DNA from: Craspedostauros australis
Taxonomy: Eukaryota
Reading direction: 5' to 3'
Length of the DNA stretch: 52,154 nucleotides
NCBI GenBank assembly: GCA_030167865.1
Contig: JALAGF010000281.1
Span: 1 to 52,154 of the forward strand
Positions 46,311 to 52,154 of the stretch are shown in pieces. The notes under the pieces are model-generated. The model was not told where the DNA came from, did not search any database, and saw only the letters and a list, made by a program, of their open reading frames with translations. Made by a program: the position numbers and the translations under genes. Within the stretch, counting starts at the first letter, position 1, and each line of letters starts with the position of its first letter.

Positions 46311-46313
<3 letters not shown>

Positions 46314-46343
<30 letters not shown>
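46314..46343 (+). repeat. (AG)15 microsatellite
   Basis: Read directly. Confidence 0.9.
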
Positions 46344-46345
<2 letters not shown>

Positions 46346-46647
46346 GTCTGCTCGCCTTCCTCCCTGTGCATACCTCAGCGCATCTGCGCTTTGGCATGAG
46401 AAGGTAGCGGTAGAATACTTGTACGAGGAGAGTAAATGCTATGAAGTGCACGTGTCCACACTCCGTGATCAGGTTGCTGCTGGCTTCTGGGTTCCTTGAC
46501 CAGATCTTTCCTTGATGAGTGATAATTGATTCGGGATGCGCCATGCAACGAATGCAGTGCAATGCAATGCGAAATGTAATGCGTTATCGTATCATATCTT
46601 CCATGTGTGCAAGTCTGCAGAGGAGACAGCAGAAGCGGTCACCTGCT

Positions 46648-47304
46648 TCAAACTAAACGATCCTCCATAGAGTTGAGTTGAGGAACGTTGAGGGCTCGTA
46701 GCACCAGCTGCATGTCGACCTTCAATGAGGACAACTCGTCACGGAGAGAACGGATCTCTTCAAGAGCCTCCTCGGTCTTGGCGAGCTGACCTGTGTCACC
46801 TCGGGCCTTCATGCGCTTCTTGAGCTCCGCGACGATCTCCGCCACACGGTCATATTCGCAGCCGCAGCCGACGTAGATGGGCATGTTGGCGGAAAGTCCG
46901 GAGGACACCCCGGTGCAGCAGAGGCAGTTGTGCTGATCGACGCTTCCGAGCTCGCCGTACGGGCGTCGGGTGTTGATCGTGCAGCATGGCTTGCAGTTGA
47001 CGTTGAGAACCGCCTCCTCCTCCTCCAAGATCATGGTCTTCTTGCCCATAACTCCAGGGACCAGCGGCATGAAATGGATCGGGCAGGTGAGCGCAAGGAG
47101 CGACTGGCAGCACTTGTCAGTGACATCGTACTCCAAGCGCTCGAATTGCGCCTTGGGGACCTTCGTTGCGTTGATGGCGTTCACGGCATGGATGGAAACA
47201 TTGTCGGTGTCAGTGTCGATGTTCTCGTTCTTCTTGTTCTTGTCCTTGTTGATGTTCCTGGCAATGGGCGTGTTGGATGTGTTACCGGTGCTGGTATTGG
47301 TCAT
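46648..47304 (-). CDS. Cys-rich protein of unknown function with C-terminal coiled coil, about 218 aa
   Basis: First ATG of ORF 46648..47544 is at 47304. GC3-biased codons and a compact domain FERLEYDVTD...ILEEEEAVL...RRPYGELGSVD...CLCC...GCGCE...ELKKRMKARGDTGQ, followed by heptads. Confidence 0.8.
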   Translation of the reverse strand: MTNTSTGNTSNTPIARNINKDKNKKNENIDTDTDNVSIHAVNAINATKVPKAQFERLEYDVTDKCCQSLLALTCPIHFMPLVPGVMGKKTMILEEEEAVLNVNCKPCCTINTRRPYGELGSVDQHNCLCCTGVSSGLSANMPIYVGCGCEYDRVAEIVAELKKRMKARGDTGQLAKTEEALEEIRSLRDELSSLKVDMQLVLRALNVPQLNSMEDRLV

Positions 47305-47326
47305 TCCTCTTGGTGTTGCCGTTCCT

Positions 47327-47410
47327 GTGCTTGTGCTTGTGCTTGTGCTTGTGCTTGTGCTTGTGCTTGTGCTTGTGCTTGTGCTTGTGCTTGTGCTTGT
47401 GCTTGTGCTT
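47327..47410 (+). repeat. (GTGCTT)14 perfect microsatellite, upstream of the 47304 ATG
   Basis: 84 bp of perfect hexamer. Confidence 0.95.
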
Positions 47411-48096
47411 GTTGTGGTTTGGCAGGTGCAAGTTGGTTGTGTCCAAAATGTGAGACGAATCAGGAAGGCACAAAAATGGGGGCGTTTGTGTCCGTTTCTT
47501 CTCCACGACTCGAGCGTGTTGTTTGCGCTCGGGAAGCAAATCACGACTCAACGCTCGACCGAGTGGACACCTGTAATCGTGGATCTCAAACGTGGTGGAG
47601 AATCTGCACGATTCAATCACATCAACGATGTGGACGGACAGACGAACCACGACCGAAGGCGACAACTATCTCCGGAGGGTAGCCGACTCTTGCCCTCGAG
47701 CAATGAGGGCGTGGAGCATGCTCTGGAGTCAATGGTTGCATACATTGTATCCATTAGACCTACGTAAGATAGCCGTATCTCGTATACAAGAGAAGTCAAC
47801 CATCTTCGCATCCCAAAACAACACGTTCCAACTGTTTTACTTGTAGTGGAGAGCAGGGAAGAGGAGTGTAGATTATCATGTACTAGTATCGTGGAGCATT
47901 CGTTGTTGCACCTAACAACCAACCCAAGGGACACCTTTCGATCTCAGATCGATCAAATGCAATTGGCACAGCACATGCCATGCCCGTTTGGCTCTGTTCC
48001 TGTTTGCACCATCAAGAAGTTGGTGCTCGTGGCGAATGCGGCCAATCCGGAGCAAACCATCCACGCGTAGAGCACGGTACGTACTCATACTCCATT

Positions 48097-50286
48097 CTAT
48101 TCGCTGGCACTGCTGTCACTGTGATCTGCGTACTCGAGCTCGTCGTCTGGAACATCCTCGTCGATAGGGTCGTCTCTGTATTCGCCTGAGGTGTTGCGCA
48201 TGTCCATATCCCCGTCCCACTGGGGCAGCTCGATGTCATCTTCGACGTCGGGGTCGCAGGGTGCGATCGGGGTCATCTCTTGCGTGTTGGCGCGCATGTA
48301 CTCCGCTCTGACATCGCTCGATGTGCAGTACACGCGGTAGATGCACAGCATGAGGAAGATGATGACGACGCCGACACATACGAGGATGACTTTGCACGAA
48401 TTGTCGCACTCCTTCATGAATATCTCCAACTCAGAGGGGCCGCTGCCTGAGTTTACGGTCGCATCCTTCTTCGTGCCACCATCGATGCTGTCGCCGATGC
48501 TCGTGTCGTTGTCATCGAGCTCATTTTTTATGGAGGTCGCTGGCGACGATGGGTTTCTTGGCGGGAAGTCAAACACAGATGGGAGCCCGTTCGTCGCCAA
48601 TACCTCCGAGAGATCACAATCACTCTCCGCGAAGCCAATGCGATTGTGCTTCATATCGAACAGCACGTCGTGCCCCATCATCATGTTTGCTCCTATCGTG
48701 CTCCCGCCTTCCCCTGTTGCGTTGAATCCAAAGACGTAAACATCGTGGTCTTCGTAGTACTCCATGTAATGGGACGGCGGGAACGCAACGATGACATCGA
48801 ATGGATGGTCAGGATCCAAGTCGCCGGCAAGACCCGCGATGTTGTTGGGATCGGCGGATCCGGCGCCATTCTTGCCAACGCCGTCGTAGAGACCATGCGT
48901 CGTGTCACCTTTGATCTGAAAGAGGATGGTCGGAAACGCCTTGATCTGAGCCTCCGTGAGATTGTAGGCTGAACCATGGTCATATTCCATACCCGTCAGC
49001 GTCTCGAAGTGTTCCGCGAACTCTTTGTGCAGATGATGATTCCATTTCGTACTCGTAGTGCCGGAATCGACGATGATGCCCTTTGCGTTGAGCTCCGTGG
49101 GAGAGACAGCCAGCTTGACAACGCCGCGTGTTGGATCGTCCGCATGGATCGACACGGCAGACTCGCCCGCCGATGATTCCCGCAGGTAGACAGCACGCAC
49201 TTGGACGCTGAAGAAGGTCCCACGACCAGAGTTGGCGGTGCGATCGGTGAACACCATGGTCTGGTATTCATCCTTGCGCAGACGCGGATCGGCGCCGCCC
49301 AACGTCAATGCACCAGCCTCTGTGCCTTCCTTCGACGCCATCGGCTGACGCGCGAAGCACAAGGAGAACTGCCGCTGATGGTGCTTGAGTCTTCCGGCGC
49401 GCTGCAGCTGCTCCCAGTAGGTGTTTCCATGCGTCCCATAGGACATGCCCATGATGCCATCTGCCAGCTGCGTCTTGAAGAGCCTGGTGGCGACGGTCTG
49501 GCAGCCGAATGCCAGATTGATAGCCATGCGGTCCGCTCTTTGCGGGTTGAGATCGTCGACGACGATGGCATTAGCCTGGTCGTTCTGACTGCCGTGTGCA
49601 GGCTTGTCGTGCTGGAGGCTGGACACGTGCGGTCCGCCCAAATAACACCGATCGACGGCCTCGTAGGCGTCCCACGCGCTTCCCTCCCCGTACCTGACAT
49701 GTACACGGCACTGGTCCAACGTGGCGCGATTGGTGGAGCATTTGGACTTGCCCTTGAAATTGCATCCATCGTCGCCGCATGACACCTGGTGAAATGAGGA
49801 TGACGCCTCTGGTTCGAACAGCTTGTCGATGTGGTACGTAGGCGCCCCGCAATCGTTGCATCCCGTGCAGGGAAATGCGGTGAGCTCGCTGCCGGTGTCC
49901 ACAATGACGGTCTGACGTTGCGGCGGCGTCCCGCACCATAGATCAACGTAGTGCGTGCCATATCCCTGGTACAGCGCACTCACCTGATCAGCGAAGTTGC
50001 CATCGTCGGCCTGCAAGGTGCGTTGACCACGCTGAGACTTGCTCTCGAGACCTCGTCGCTTCTGCTGCACGTGATGCGGGATCAGAGGGACGGTGATGAG
50101 ATCGCTCTCCATCTCATGCCTCTGCTGTTGCTGTCGTTGTTGTGGAGTCAAGAACCCCGTGGCCGACGATTCTGCTGCCAATGCTGCCGATATCTGTGTG
50201 GTTCGCACCAACAATAGAAGAAAAGCCGTCGCTGCCACCGATTGCGATGCCACATTCGGGCGATGCCGTCGAGTGAAGGACTTCAT
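48097..50286 (-). CDS. Pepsin-family (A1) membrane-anchored aspartic protease, plasmepsin V/ASP5-like, 729 aa
   Basis: Signal peptide, propeptide, catalytic VIVDTGS and IIVDSGT, Cys-rich insert (FPCTGCNDCG...VSCGDDGC...KC...QC), flap YGEGS, ADGIMGM, IGANMM...FD...RIGFAESDC, TM helix VILVCVGVVIIFLMLCIY and an acidic tail. Confidence 0.93.
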   Translation of the reverse strand: MKSFTRRHRPNVASQSVAATAFLLLLVRTTQISAALAAESSATGFLTPQQRQQQQRHEMESDLITVPLIPHHVQQKRRGLESKSQRGQRTLQADDGNFADQVSALYQGYGTHYVDLWCGTPPQRQTVIVDTGSELTAFPCTGCNDCGAPTYHIDKLFEPEASSSFHQVSCGDDGCNFKGKSKCSTNRATLDQCRVHVRYGEGSAWDAYEAVDRCYLGGPHVSSLQHDKPAHGSQNDQANAIVVDDLNPQRADRMAINLAFGCQTVATRLFKTQLADGIMGMSYGTHGNTYWEQLQRAGRLKHHQRQFSLCFARQPMASKEGTEAGALTLGGADPRLRKDEYQTMVFTDRTANSGRGTFFSVQVRAVYLRESSAGESAVSIHADDPTRGVVKLAVSPTELNAKGIIVDSGTTSTKWNHHLHKEFAEHFETLTGMEYDHGSAYNLTEAQIKAFPTILFQIKGDTTHGLYDGVGKNGAGSADPNNIAGLAGDLDPDHPFDVIVAFPPSHYMEYYEDHDVYVFGFNATGEGGSTIGANMMMGHDVLFDMKHNRIGFAESDCDLSEVLATNGLPSVFDFPPRNPSSPATSIKNELDDNDTSIGDSIDGGTKKDATVNSGSGPSELEIFMKECDNSCKVILVCVGVVIIFLMLCIYRVYCTSSDVRAEYMRANTQEMTPIAPCDPDVEDDIELPQWDGDMDMRNTSGEYRDDPIDEDVPDDELEYADHSDSSASE

Positions 50287-51896
50287 CTTGGACCTTTGGC
50301 AACCAATGACTTTCTGTCGTTAGTTCGCGGAGAGGCACTCCCGACCAAGTACGGAGAGTGCGGCAGAGTATATCACTTGGAAATGAGCTCCGCCTTGTCG
50401 CACTCGTGCTCAGCTCCGTTGTTCCGCAATCGGCTGCACTCCCTCAAGGTCGTCCTTCCACTCACTCTCCCTCTCGTGCGAATGCTCTACCTGTCGTTGT
50501 ATGCACTCTATCTGTAGTCGTATGTGCTCTACCTGTTCTCGGAAGCTATCACGAGCTCTCTGTGCCATGCGTCCCAGCGATGCCGAGCGCCTTCGATTGC
50601 TGCCTACTGTCCTTCAGGGGTGATTCTATCACAGCTCTTGCGAGTCCTCGTATGTATTGTGAGCGCTAGTAGGAGAGTCTGCAATTGTGAGAGGTATGGT
50701 AGCTCGTGCCATGCGAGCACGTATGTGTGGATGGATGGACTCCTGTTTGGGGAGGAGGAAGCAATTCAAAATCGATTTCTCACGTGAAGTCTGTCGTTGT
50801 TTCCAATGACGAACATGTCAAGACGAGACGGAAAACGAGAAGCACAAAAGGGCGATGGCGATGCGCGCAGTCGTGCTAAATTGATACGGGATTCGACTGG
50901 ATCATGGTGAAAATGATGAACCAAAGCGCTTCCAGAATGTCGCCTGAAATCCTGACAAAAGTCATTCAATACCAAAATAGACCTATTGAGGCATGAAATG
51001 ACCCAAACTAGCACCACATTTGCGGTCAAACTGCATCTGACATTCATTCATACGAGTCGAAAATGAGTGAAAAGGCGATTGACTTCCATTCTTGAATCGA
51101 AAATGAGCAAAACTGACATCTTATTTCACAAAAGTCGCATCTCGTCAATTGTTTTTGGCGATGTGTCGCAAGAACAATGAGTCACGTGTGACCACCGAAT
51201 CATGACTCGTCTCGTGTCTTGGCGAGGACTTTTTCGGCACCACACGATTCCCTCGTTCACACGCGTATCACGCACATCACCGCACAACGCACAAGATCGC
51301 GATCCACCCATCAAAACCACAATGACGTAGCGGCCGACACCGACCAACATGGAAAACAGAGAATCAACACGGCAACAAACACAAGCTCTGGTGTTGCTTC
51401 GTCATCTGCGTCCACCCGCGCCAGCACCAACACAAAGATGCGCAGAGACATTACTGTTACGATCGTGGAGAGGGTTGGTGTGGATTGTGGACTACTTCAT
51501 CGAAATCCATGTTCCTGTTCTTAATCATTCACGTTCATATTCACATTCATATTCATGTCATCCATCATTCAAGATCTGGGGTGCACTACGGCCTCCACGT
51601 ACGCGTATAGTACATGCGAGTATGCTCATGCCGCCGTGCTCCTCGAAAAGGACCACAGGAATAAACATTCACGTGCACACGTTCGTGAAGGCACGCTGCA
51701 GCCCTATAACCAAGTGAGGCCGTCAGCGAACCAGAGCATCATTTTTCAGTCTCGCTCATCCTCGCTCATCATGCCGTGCGCACTGACCCAGCAGGGGTTT
51801 GAGATTGGTGGTGCTCTGCGCTTCGGCTGATAGTGCTGGGTACACATTGTCCGAGAGCTCTCAGCCTCCATTGGAGCCAGCACATTGTCACTTGTC

Positions 51897-52124
51897 TTAC
51901 ACGCGAGGAGAATCCTCTTCATCCTCTTCCTTTCCTTCGGGATCCTCCATGCCCTTGTTGGAGATACCGTCGCCTTCCGAACCCTCATCGCCGTCCTTGA
52001 CTGCTACTCCAGCCGCGGCGGCAGCTCGGAGATCGGTCTGAGAGAATCGATGGGAGAATTGACGGGACAAGCGTTCCGCCATCAAAGCGCGGTCATTGCT
52101 GGCGGCGTCGTACTCGTCATGGCA
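51897..52124 (-). CDS. Probable last exon of a minus-strand gene starting beyond the window
   Basis: Pyrimidine tract plus ATGCAG acceptor ending at 52125, then an open acidic frame (CHDEYDAASNDRALMAERLSRQFS...EEDEEDSPRV*). Confidence 0.4.
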   Translation of the reverse strand, partial: CHDEYDAASNDRALMAERLSRQFSHRFSQTDLRAAAAAGVAVKDGDEGSEGDGISNKGMEDPEGKEEDEEDSPRV

Positions 52125-52154
52125 CTGCATGCGAAGAAAGAGTGAACGGCAACA

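Noticed and set aside
46930-47767. Plus-strand ORFs with poly-(AC) or poly-(VL), and a minus-strand poly-(HK) ORF
   Set aside because: Products of the (GTGCTT)14 microsatellite plus the antisense of the Cys-rich gene.
51057-51108. Duplicated TCGAAAATGAG upstream of the protease
   Set aside because: Only two short copies in AT-rich DNA, too weak to call regulatory.

Overview
Eukaryotic genomic DNA, most likely from a pennate diatom. This is inferred from GT-AG introns, microsatellite-rich spacers and diatom-type protein families. About 11 complete protein-coding genes are supported, plus a probable terminal exon at the right edge. In order: a SpoU/TrmH-type RNA 2'-O-methyltransferase; a two-exon TBC-domain RabGAP; a 1808-aa C2 + DEP + MCTP-like membrane protein; an RNI/LRR-like hypothetical protein; a class I cyclic-nucleotide phosphodiesterase; a five-exon type II transmembrane LRR receptor-like protein reconstructed here from separate ORF fragments; a large disordered hypothetical protein; a secreted, probably GPI-anchored glycoprotein; a small hypothetical protein; a Cys-rich coiled-coil protein; and a membrane-anchored plasmepsin V/ASP5-like aspartic protease. 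I recognised no rRNA, tRNA, CRISPR array or intact transposon. The best leads are a 7-fold repeated RSLxxLExxIxxK motif in the kinase-less cytoplasmic region of the LRR receptor, its repeat-phased exons, a PEXEL-protease-like enzyme carrying its own RxL sites, a DEP domain inserted between MCTP-like membrane hairpins, a repeated SR[IFM]W[NK]R motif in the RabGAP tail, and recurring non-coding motifs. All family calls come from motif recognition by eye, not database searches.
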